From contig OZ176057.1 of the NCBI GenBank assembly GCA_964247055.1, forward strand, positions 930,001-994,000: 64,000 nucleotides of DNA, written 5' to 3'. A program made the translations under genes and the position numbers. Positions within the stretch are counted from its first letter, which is position 1; every line of letters starts with the position of its first letter. The DNA is from Paragordius varius. Lineage: Eukaryota; Animalia; Nematomorpha. Of the stretch, positions 1 through 12,049 are shown one piece after another. The notes below the pieces were generated by a model that saw only the letters and a list, made by a program, of their open reading frames with translations, ran no database searches and was not told the DNA's origin.

Positions 1-1619
1 AGTAAATAGAACAAAGGGCGGTATTATTAACTTATTATATTTTTCACTTTTTACTATTATTAGCCAATAATACTGCCCTTTGTTGTATTTACTATTTGGC
101 AATAATTAATAACTTTATAGCAATGTTTACTTACTCATATTGTAAAACAAATGTGGGAGGAATGAAGGTTTAAAAAGTATGATTGTTTCCTTTCAAAAAC
201 ATATTTGTCTTTTTAGCTTTTACCTTTGGTGTACATAATTTTAATTTTTACTGCATATAATTTTCAATTTAATTAAATTATAAAAGAAATTTATGGAATA
301 AAGGAGGGTAAATTCCATGAAAAAACTTACATCTCCAAACAAATTTTCCGTCGATTTCAACCCGAACCGGTTTTTTTCCAACCCCACATTGTGGTATACT
401 CGGTTTGCATTCTTTTAATTATAAATATATATAGATATATGGTATATAACATTGTCGCAAAACAGTAATTTTATACGAACGAATTGATTTTAAGTTAGAT
501 AATTAATAAATGGCATTTATTTATATAAAGACATAATATAAATTGAAGTGGTTGAGAGGCCAACTTCAGATAACCACAGTATGAAATTTTTTAGGTTAAT
601 TCTAAATAATATTATTTTAGTAAATTATAGGACATCTAAATTGTTAATTTTATATTTTATTTAATTGTCTACAAATAAAATTTTACTTTTAACCTTTATA
701 TAATACACACAACAATGTCACGTAATATAGGTATTAACATCCATTAACCCAAATTAAAAAATTGAGAAATAAATATTATAAAATTCTTCAATACTTTTTT
801 ATAAACATCAAATATTTCTTTATATAACATATTAGTTTTTAGATTTTCATCTTTAAGTTCTATATTATAGCAAGTACCTGGTGTAAATACAATAAAAAGT
901 GCTTTTATATGCCATATCTGTATTTTAAATGGCTTAAAAGGTATTAAAATTCAAGCTAGCCATGTTTTATTTATCAGTTACACATTTTTAAAAATTGTGT
1001 GGGTAAAAGATGCAGTGTTTAACACTTGTATACAAGACATTCATTTAAGTCATCAGTTCATATAGAGATCCTGACGCTAAGCCTGTTTAAAATCAAATAT
1101 TTCTAAAATTATGGTATTACTTGAAACTATTGCATAAGTTTTCATTAGGATAACACGGATGCACCGAAATTGAAAAAAGACTTATTTTAATTGTAAATAC
1201 CAATTTTAGGGGTAAATATAAAGAATTTAGCCAACATGACATTGCGTTAGTATAAAACTTATAAAATATAAAGTACTTTTTCTCTTTATATATATTAATG
1301 ATTGATGAGATTTATATAAAATATTAGTTTTTAGCTATTGAATCAAATAAACACGATATTTTTTAAGAATATTGTAAAATGGTGTCGAAGTAGTTAGATA
1401 CGGATTTTTCAAAGTTAAATATACATTTTTTCGGCTTATTTATATAATTTTTATAGAAGCATATTTTAAATTTGAACTTTTTATTTCCAATGATTTTTAA
1501 TAATATTAACTTTTCCCTTAATCCATTGGTAAAAATATTATCATTTAGTATATCACTCTGAGACATTTTACACGATCCTTATGACACAAACATAATTATA
1601 TTTTAGCACTTTATTTCTA

Positions 1620-2780
1620 CAGATTACAAGCACGCATAAAAAATCATCCTACACCAGTCATCGACAGTATTTATCCCCGACAAATACTTATTCCCTAAAC
1701 TATTTCAAACATCAATGGACATATCATACTGATTCTTCCTACTGATTCTTACATCTCAGTACACTACTACTATGCTGAATTCCCACATAGAAAGAAATAA
1801 TTCTGAAATGAGCTCCCATAATTTAACATTAAACATGGCGACATGGAATATGCGTGGCAGTTTAGAAAATAAATTGGATATAATAATTCACGAGATGAAA
1901 CGTTTTAACATCCATGTGTTACGGCTGTCGGAGACTCATATGCCATAACTCACACAAAATATTCAACAATCCCTCGTTTTATAACTCAGGTGGTGAAATG
2001 GATGCGGTTTTTAAATATCGAATTATCTCGCCAAACATATCGATATATATAAACCTATGTCCGGTCGAATTATATCCCTACGAATTAACACGAAACCCCA
2101 GGCTATAACAATATATCACTATGCCCCCACAAGTGTCTCATCGAAGATGAATGCGAAAAGTTTAATGGCTTACAAATTGCTCTCAGAGAAACATCTAAAA
2201 AAGACATAATCATCATAGGTGATTTTAACGCCAGCATAGCTAACGATAAAACAGATAAGGTCGGTAGAAAAGGCCTTGGTAAAGTAAAAACCCCCAGGAT
2301 GAAAGATTAGTTGATTTTTCCAATATCTAAATTTCTTTAAAGCAAATTTGTTTTTTTAGCAGCCTAATGACGCCTTTACGCTTGGACCTACCCGTGCCGT
2401 AAATATAGGAAGCAAATAGATTAAAAATTGGGCATGCAAAAAACAAAAACTCATTGCAGAAAATCCGATGCTATGCGAGCGCTGACTGTAATTCAGATCA
2501 TAACCTTTTGATGGCCAAAATAAAAATATATTTACAACTTCATCCACTGAAATCAAAACCAAATTGAACTATAAACTTTTTATCACTTTACAAAATGTCG
2601 CTGCAACTATCTCAAAAAGCCCAAGAAATAACCGAGTGGAGGAATTTTTCTTATAAAATGGCTAATGGATAAACGACTACAAGCTCAACAACAACTCCAA
2701 TTTGAATCGAACCTTTAAATATGTAACTAATAAATCAAAAAAAGTCTCATACATGTCCACACAGACTTGTATTTAGCCCA
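1620..2780 (+). mobile_element. Decayed RTE-type LINE 5' fragment (APE endonuclease remnant)
   Basis: Broken frames read MATWNMRG...LSETH, YAPTS, IIIIGDFNA, ADCNSDHNLLMAKIK. Confidence 0.8.
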
Positions 2781-2824
2781 TTTACAATACAGATATGGCA
2801 TTACTTATATATAATATAAATATA

Positions 2825-3979
2825 CAGTGTACAAAATCGAGAGTCATGAAAAAATATCTTGATGAAATTGTTCTAATAGATAAATCAGGAATCTCATGTT
2901 ATTTTAATTTTAGGGCTAAGTGCTTTATGAGATATTTTCATAATGCTTCATATCAGAAAATGTAAAAATTGCGGACATTTTTTTAATAAAAACTTATTTG
3001 GTGAAAGCTAGATGCTTTATTTCAAAAAAATATTACTAATACTCATAAACGTATAAAAAGCACGACAAAATTTTTCTTTTTTATTTGGCCCCCGAAAGTT
3101 TCACTTTTTTGGCTATATAATGGGCTAGTTTTTTTAAATAAAACGCAAATATGCAGAGCTTGACCAATAAAAATTTTAAATATTCTAAATTTTATCATCA
3201 ACTAAAAGTTTAAAAAGATGCATACTTTTTTCAAAAATTATATTTTGAAAAAATTTTGTTGAAGCATATATACTATATGGGCATTATGGAAACGGTATAA
3301 AAGCGCTTTTATATATTCTAAAAACCCCTTTTCTAAATTCTACAATGCTAAGCATTTCTATCACCTTAAAATTTCGATTTAAGCTTCGTTTGCTTGATGA
3401 ATTTTTTGTAAAAAACACAAATTTGATTCATATGAAGACGAACAAATATTGGAATCAAGATGTTAGAAATGTTTAGCATCATCAAATTTATATTAAAGTG
3501 TTTTAATAATGTAAAGCGTTTTAAACCGTTTCCATCATGCCTCAAAATAGTATAAAGCACGCTCAACAAAATTTTGTAACAATATAATTTTTTAAAAAAG
3601 TAAGCATTTTAAAAAATATTATTAGTTGATCTATCATATGGTTAAATTTTTAGCGACTTGCTTTTTTGGTTTTTACTAAAGAAATCTAACCCAATTTAAA
3701 AGACAATATTTAGAACTATCTCACTCATATCAAAAAATTTATTTTATTAAAAATATTTTTTATAGGTACTTTATGATAAATTGCAGTGATAGTTTTCGAA
3801 CAAAGCATTTATTTACCAAAAAAAAATTATTAGCTCAAATTTTACCATTTTCTGATATAGAGCTCTTAACATAAAAGTGAACTTTCTTAATCATTCGAAA
3901 GCCCTAAAACAAAAAGCACCATGTCCTGATACATTCTATGGGAATATATATTTTTTCATGATATTTTTTGTGTACACTG
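2825..3979. mobile_element. Non-autonomous Tc1/mariner-like element
   Basis: TA-flanked inverted ends CAGTGTACA...TCATGAAAAAATAT with further degenerate inverted similarity over about 90 bp; no transposase frame seen. Confidence 0.6.
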
Positions 3980-6900
3980 TATATATATAGTAATTTTACT
4001 TCGACATTCACAAGCTGGTAATTTCGAAATATCTAATTCGTATCCCAACGGACATGTTTTGGGCCCAATTTTACCCACACATTCTAAAATAATTTTTTTT
4101 GATGATTAAATCTTTCCATATATTCCATTTTTGTTTCAAAAATTATTTTACTAATTAATTGTTGAATCCATGAATTAATAATATAAACGAAAATTAAATT
4201 GAAATTTAACTAAAAATGGTAATAAAATTACATTGAAAATTGAATTTAAAAAAAATTAAAAATAAATTTAACATGATATTTTTTTCATTTAAGGGAATCA
4301 AATTTTGATTATTTTGTGGATATCAGATTAAATTAAAATTTTTAACCGTAAAGAATGAATTTTAGGCTTAGATAATTAAAGAAAATCATTTTTTAGGAAA
4401 TTACTGTTTATTTTAGATTTTAAAAATAAAAAAATTTTGGGTTACTCTTCCCCAATAATTTTGGAATTTAAAAATTTAAATATTTCAAAATAAATGTGTA
4501 GGATTTACTGTTGCATTTGCAGATAGGGCACCCTTTAACCAAAACATTACCAAAAGGGCAAAATAGATCCCCACAATCGATTTTAGGGCATTCTAATTTA
4601 ATTAAATCAATGATTAGAGCTAAAAATAAAATTATAAGGACAAAATGTATATTAAATGAAAAATATATTTTTTAAAGTCAGTTATTTAACTTGATCGTTT
4701 ATAAAAATTATTATCGTTTTCAGTCAATAAATATACAAAAAAATGTAAATTGTTACACTCAAACATATTTAATTTAAAATGTGATATATAAGAAAAATCA
4801 AGGTCCAGAAAAGTAAGGTTGTTTTTGAAAAATATGTTTTTAGTTTTTACGTCTTCTCATATAATTTTATTTTTTGCTGTTAATTAAATATGTTATTTTA
4901 AATTACCTTTTAAGGAGCATGATTTCTTCAAAAGAGGTATTAGGGCATCTATATAGGAAGATTATATAAGTAGATGTATTGTTAACCTTTAGTTTATTGA
5001 TTTTTGTGCCTAAACTAAGCTTAGATATTGAAATTAATTTTTTTATAATATTTTTTTCTGAAGTGTGTTTGTTTTGACAAAAAGAGCAAAAGACCCCTGG
5101 ATATCCTAATAAACAGTATTGCTTTTCGTGTGAAATTTATCAAGAAAAAAGGTAAAACGCTAACTGGAAATGTATAATGCCAAATTAATGCTGGCCAACA
5201 TTAAACCTAATCTTTCACCTCAATTTATTCTTAGAACACTGGTGTTATCCCTTTTTTACAGGTTTTTGTTTTAAGCTCTAATTAATTGTGTTTAATATAC
5301 AGTATGAGTATGCTAGTTTTCCATCATGAATTATTACAAGATAGAAAATAAAGCAAAGGGAAATATTTTTGGTTTATAATTATTTTTTCACTTTTAACTA
5401 CGAATAAATAATTCCCTTTTTTCTATATGCTATCTGGGAGCATTTGATAAAAAATTAGCAAGTATACTTACTCATCCTTATATGTACCATTTGCACTTCA
5501 AGAGTGTCCTTGAACACTTCAAGGTCTTTGAACAATTCAAGTTGGTCCTTGAACAGTTCAAGTTGGTCCTTGAACAGTTCAAGTTGGTCCTTGAACAGTT
5601 CAAGTTGGTCCTTGAACAGTTCAAGTTGGTCCTTGAACAATCCAAGTTGGTCCTTGAACAATTCAAGTTGGTCCTTGAAAACTTCAAATTGATCCTCATT
5701 CAAGTTGGTCCTTTAACACTACAAGTTGGTCCTTAAAAAAAATTTTGCCATAATTTTTGTATTTATTTTTTTATTTTATTATTTATTAACCTAATTTTCT
5801 TTATTTACATATATTTATTCATTTTAAAAGAAAAATTTTTTATTTAAAAACCAATTTTTTGTTTTAGACTATTTTTTTCGATTGAACAAAATTATTGACT
5901 TTTAAATGTTTTGAAAAATTTAAATTAATACCCAAAAAACTTATATATTTTTTTATTTCATGTTAAAATCTTATAAATATCCAAAATTATTTTAAAAAAT
6001 TAATAAAGATATAAGTTTTCTCAAAGATTAAAAGTTGATATCGATTTAAAATTTATGTTAAATAATAGAAAATAGGTTAAAAACAATAAAATAGATGAAT
6101 TATTTACGATTTGATTGATAAAAGTTAAAAACAGAACAAAAACGTCAAAGGACCAAGTTGAAGTGTTCAAGGACCAACTTGAAATGTTCAAGGACCAACT
6201 TGAATTGTTCAAGGACCAACTTAAATTGTTCAAGGACCAACTTGAATTATTCAAGGACCAACTTGAATTGTTCAAGGACACAAATGTTATATATACAGTA
6301 TGCATTTTAATTTCACATACTATAGTAGGGATTTGCAACACTTAGTATATAGAAAAAACAACAAAATAATAAACAATTTTTTCCTTTCATTTTTGCATAC
6401 ACTCCTGTGTTGAAAATATTTTATTAAAATTTATTTTCTTTCGTTAATTGGGGATAAATATTTGTAAAAGAATGGAAACAACAAGAGCTCTATCGTATAA
6501 AAAATATTTCATCAAAAAAGTACAAAAATTACCATAGAGCTCTTGTTTTTTCCATTCTTTACCAAATATTTATACCACCCATTTAACGAAAAGAAATAAA
6601 TTTTTGATAAAACAAAGGATACATGACTGTATATAATGCATACTATAATCAATAGTCGAATCCTTTTTTTCATGGTGAGCACTGATAGTGTGGAATAAGG
6701 TGTTAGCAATCAAAAATAAAGATATTGTAATTTTGAGGCATTTTACGAGTGAAAACATTTTTTCTTTCTTTTAAAATACTGTCTATATATAAATGTCCAG
6801 TGTCTATAATCAAAAAAAGGGGAATCGGAATGTAACTAATGCGAATTAGATAAAGAAATTACGCGGAAAATTTAGCATTAGAAGGGTTAAATGGTATATT

Positions 6901-7940
6901 CATAGAAAAAAATAAAAATAAGATATAGGTTAATAGAGGTTTGTTTAAGATTGTTTGAGGATTCCAGAAATCATAAAATAAACACTATTTATAACATTAA
7001 ATTTACTTTGGCTAAAACTAAATATTTTTATTATTATGTTTGGGTTAATATGCAGGTAAAAAAATTTTTTTCAATGTTTAAATATATAGGGTTTAAGGAC
7101 AAATCTATAAAATTTGAATTTTACTATCATTAATCCAGTAACCTTGTTTTTTTATTATATTGTATTTATATTTGATTAAAATCAGACATCATAAAATTTA
7201 AGCTAAAAAGCATTTTGCAGACTTGATGAATTTCAATTTTAAAAAAAAATGCAAAAATAATAAAGTTTTTAGGCATCGTTTAACGAAAAAATGTAAAAAT
7301 TTTTGATTGAGTTTAAAATATTTGTTAATTCAATACATCATATTAATTATATTGTCAGCCTAATCTTTTTTTTTCCGATTCCATTATTATCATATATTTA
7401 TAAAAATGGAAAATGCTATGCTGGCTTTGTGATCCGTTTCCGGAAAACCACCCAATCTAAATGTCGAAAAAATATAAACATTAATGAATGCCCCGACAAT
7501 AGCTTCGCCCTTTTTTTGCATTAAGCTTTCAGTTGAGGCCCACCCGTGTAAAAAATGGGTTTCTTTGAAAACAGAAGTCCACAAAAATCGTGTCTTTGAG
7601 ACAATTTTCCGGAGAACGTGTTGGACCATTCAATTTCAAATATGATTTTTGTTTACTTTTTTTTCGATTGCACCGAACATAGTCGCCTCGCTTTTTTAAT
7701 TTAGGCCCTCTTTTTAGGCGCTCTCAATATCCCATTTTTTTTAAAATAAAGCAAAATCCACATAAATAATTTTTTGAAACTATTTTCCCCCAAGTAAACA
7801 ATAAATTAGTATGAATGCACCGTTTTTAAAAATCCTATGAGAACATAGCTATTTAATAATGTTTCGACATAATCCACATATGTGGATCATTTTATTGTCC
7901 CTTTTTTCAAATAGTCACCCCCAGAAGTCCGAATGACATT

Positions 7941-7974
7941 CTCGGGCTGCCTAGCAGCAGGAGATTTACACTAG
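7941..7974 (+). mobile_element. Helitron-like 3' terminus
   Basis: GC-rich hairpin CTCGGGCTGCCTAGCAGCAGGAG followed shortly by CTAG|T; 5' end not identified. Confidence 0.4.
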
Positions 7975-9569
7975 TATATAAAAATGGATTCCTAATTTTT
8001 TTTTAAAAAAAATATGTTTTTTAAATGTAATAAAAAGAAAAAACTACACAAAATCCAGATGACAAATTTTTTAAAAACTACCACACCATTTCAAACCTTT
8101 ATTTTTTCCAAAGAAACTATATCACATTGATAATATAATAAGTATTTTAACCATATCCCCGTTTCGTAACCCAAAAAGATTATATTTAAATTTGTAATGA
8201 TTTGGAAATGGGTGTCTTTTTTTAAAAAATATTTGTTCTTTATTTTTATGTTTTGTCCGTATATAATAACTGTATAATTTACATGCGGTAACAACAATAC
8301 AAAAAAATCTGATTATCGATAGCGCACGATTTTTGATATGGGGTACACCAGATAGATGTGAAAAAACTGAAAATGATGTTTACCTCACCATTGTTTGAAA
8401 TTTAGTCCAATAATATTACTCTGGCGTTGAAAAATAGCGTTATTATTATCATTCAAAACTAAATAAAAGATAATCATTATATTAATGAAAAAATAGCTTC
8501 ACGGGATCAATTTATGAAGGGACTAACCAAAAGATTTATTTATGGTATTTTTTGAAAGGCAACGGTAAAGATATAAATTTTTATACACGGGATCTATCCC
8601 TATGTAATGACTTGTCAATTTATAAAAACTTTTGCATTTGTACGGAAAATACATATTTCACTCTTTTTAATCCATGTGTTCTCATTGGTTTTGTGGAAAA
8701 ATTAGTTATAAACTAGCTTATTTATATATGCATTTTACAGAAAGTGAGGTCAGCAATGTTTATGATAAAAAAGAGTGGAATTTTTTTTTGCCTTTGATAG
8801 TAAACTAATAATATTATTTTGATATTGTCTCGTTTGATGGATAATATAATTATTAAAAAAAGCGCGTAACTAATATATTTGCCATTATACGAAAAATATC
8901 CATTCAATTTTTAATCCATATGATCCCATTGATTTTTTGATCTTAAGAAAAATGACCAAAAAAATTTTCATTATTTGATAATCTGTTTAGAATAGCTAAA
9001 AAAATTATTAAAAAGCGGTCAAATGTTTGTCTCTGTACAAGAGTTCCTAAAAAACCATAATTATATATTTCATTATCCCCTAACCCAAAGGTATATTTAT
9101 TGTAAAGTCAACTTTATTTTTATGATGGAAAATTATGAACCTAATTTTTCCGTTAAAAAATAATATTTAGAAACTTGGATTAATAAAAAAGAGCCTGCTT
9201 CCGAAATTTTCACGTTATAGTACTTTGTATTAATTTGCATAGCATACAAAATTTATAGTCAAAAGTTTTTTTTTATTTTCTCTAAATAAATTTGGTATCG
9301 TTCTATATGACTAAATCTTACTCAATAATTAATTTTAAGTTTTCTATTTTAGATAACATTTTTTTATTTCATATTCAAAATACTTATTTTCAAGATCAGA
9401 ATGAACTATGGAGCCTCCTAAAAAATGCTTTTTAATCTAAAACTTATAAGGACCGAAATGAGCCTACACCATTTCCAACTAGGACTGAATAAGGCGCGTA
9501 TAATATAACACTACTCTGGTTAAATCTTGGCCCAATACTAAAACTGTGACCACAAAAAAACTAAAATAT

Positions 9570-10510
9570 ATATTATTCTAATAGGAAAATATATCAGGAT
9601 TATGGTTTTGGTTTTGGCCCCTACCAGTCATATAAAAAAATTATTTACACTTTTGTGTAAGTGCTCGATATCGGAAAATGGCAGAATTCGAACAAATTAT
9701 TAGAAAACTTTTGTTGAAAGCTAAAAACTTAAGTCCGAAAAATATCACAAAAATATAAACAATCTATTAAGCAAAAAATTTTTTACGTCTTCCAATATGG
9801 ACTAGTTCTTTTAAAATCAGCGCGGGATTGATAGTTAAATTTTTTAAATATGCTAAATTTTTGCATCAAAAAAATATTTTTAAAAAATACAAAAATTTAA
9901 TTTTTACCAAAATTTTGTTGGAGCATTCATACCATTGTTGTGCATGATAAAACCGTATAAAAACGCTTTTAGATATAATAAAATGATTTTTTTTTAAAAT
10001 TTGATGACTGAACATTTCCATCATCTCAGAAATTTGATTAAAATGTTCGTTCGTATTTATATTCAAATTAAAAATTGCGTTATAAAAATCACATATATTT
10101 GAAAGTAAATGACCTTTTAATCATAAATATGAGGTAAAAGTAATGTTTAGCATTATCTGTAAGTACTTTAACAAAATATTTTCAAAAAATATTTGTAATG
10201 AAAAATTTTTTTGATGTCAAAATTTAGCATATATATATATATATATATATATATAAATTATCGCTCGATCTCCGCCTTTTTGCTTTGATTTTAAAAGAAT
10301 GAGCCCAGTTTAGAAGTAAGAAAATTTTATGGACTTTCGGAGCCCACTCTATTATTTTGATATTGTTTAAAAAAACATTTTTAATTGTGCTCAAATTTGG
10401 CCATTTTTGATATCGAGCACTTACACAAAAGTGCAAATAACTTTATATGAGCCGTAAGGGCCAAAATCAAAAACACCATGATAATCCTCATACATTATCC
10501 TATAATAATG
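9570..10510. mobile_element. Non-autonomous element with long (about 130 bp) terminal inverted repeats; ends approximate
   Basis: ttttggcccctaccagtcatata...acttttgtgtaagtgctcgatatc (about 9615-9670) is inverted at about 10405-10465. Confidence 0.55.
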
Positions 10511-10799
10511 TATACATTTCATACAAGTTATTTAGTACCCCAATTTCGGACGCAGTGCAATTTAATGTATGCCAAATTATTCATAAAAAATATTTTTAGA
10601 AAAGTTTTGAATAAAATTTTAATTTTAGCAAATATTATGGACGATTTCGTATTTAAAGAATTATGAAAACCTTAATATTATAAAACTTAATGTATTTTAT
10701 TTTTGAAGATTATATTACACATATTTATTGGCCGATTAGTTACTTTTCAATAGAGGCCTATTATTTAAAAAAATAAAAAACATATTTGAACATATTTTA

Positions 10800-11490
10800 G
10801 GAAAAGGATTCAAATTAATTTATGAGATGATAAGCATCATTGAGAGAATATGTTTAATACCACAAATTAAGTAGAAAAATTATCGCTAAAAATAAATTTT
10901 AAAGGAAATATGCACTATTAAAAAACCACCTTTTTAGATGTTTATGTAGCATGTTTAATTGAATGGCCCAATCACGGCATGTTTATAAATTAATAAACCA
11001 TTTTATTTTAGTGAAAATTGTGGAGCACGCAAAAGAACAATATTTTTTATGACTAGTAAGGTTGACCAATTGCACCAAAATCATGTATGTTTATCTGTTA
11101 GAATTAATGGTTATAATTTATTTTTTTTGTTCTCTTTAATTCAATTTAATCCTATAGATGGAACATATAATATTAATATTATATATAGGATATCTTGGGG
11201 TAACTTTACCAAGAGCCGAATTTGTAATAAATTTTATAATATGATCATCAAGCATTTTGATTTAGTTTTCAGAAGAAAGTGAGTTTATCACTTTGATAAA
11301 CCACATTCAATTTAGTTTTCCTTGGGCTCTGGCCTAGGCATGTTAAATTTTAAATACTAAATATGGAACAAATTGAAGCCATTGCAAAAGTTTTCAGAAA
11401 AGATTTATTTATAAAAACTGATATTTTTTCATGGATCACTTCACGGAAATTTAGTTAAAGGAAGTGTCCAAATAAAAATGGCCACCCTTT
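10800..11490 (-). mobile_element. Possible decayed Tc1/mariner transposase remnant
   Basis: Mariner-like end aagggtggccatttttatttggacac on the minus strand near 11490, and weak remnant APQFSLK*N...KHAVIGPF; partner TIR not found. Confidence 0.3.
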
Positions 11491-11970
11491 ATGTTTATTA
11501 CAATATTAGATGTAATTCAAGTAAATTTCTTTAGTTTTAATAATCAAATAAACACGATATTTATCAAAAATGTCATAAGAATGGTTTCGAAGTAGTTTTT
11601 GTCAAACATTTTTTCTTAATTGATTTAATTATATTTTAGTATATTTTTGTCAAGATAGATGCATAAAATTATAGTAGATTTTTTGTTATAGTAGTTGTAT
11701 AATAGATATATTCTCAGATTTCTACTTACTCAATCTATTGAAGTTTTAAACTGTAAATTAAAAAAACATTAGGGTAGTTAGATGAACGATTATTTATTTC
11801 ACTCTGTAAATTATCGGTAAAATACACCTTATTAACCAAATGCAAATTGATTCTAATATCAACAATACATTTAAGTTATACAAAATCGTTCTGGAGTGAA
11901 AACAGCATAAAAGATAATAAATAAACACATTAATATTCATGCGAGCACTTAAACGGCAAGTTTTCACGAG

Positions 11971-12049
11971 ATGAGCGATATTAATACAAATTTGCATGAA
12001 AAAATCACGAATGTTTTGCTTAATGCTCAACGTATTGCAGTAGATATAG
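11971..12049 (+). CDS. PANK4: PANK4 exon 1 (MSDINTN...[10 protein letters not shown])
   Basis: ATG at 11971; [10 protein letters not shown] matches PANK4 NAKRFAIDIG; phase-1 GT donor at 12050. Confidence 0.85.

Noticed and set aside
4500-5290. Short GC-richer segments with Cys pairs (QYCFSCEIY on +, FCSFCQNKH on -)
   Set aside because: Too short, bounded by stops, no chain of compatible exons; left unassigned
5455-6345. Heptad-repeat ORFs ([28 protein letters not shown]) here and at 14-15.6, 34.5-35.2 and 42 kb
   Set aside because: They are translations of the 21-bp MITE repeats, open in several frames on both strands, with no splice or homology support
10800-11400. Splice-like sites suggesting a plus-strand gene upstream of PANK4
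   Set aside because: I could not build a consistent frame; the weak minus-strand mariner similarity is a better, still uncertain, explanation
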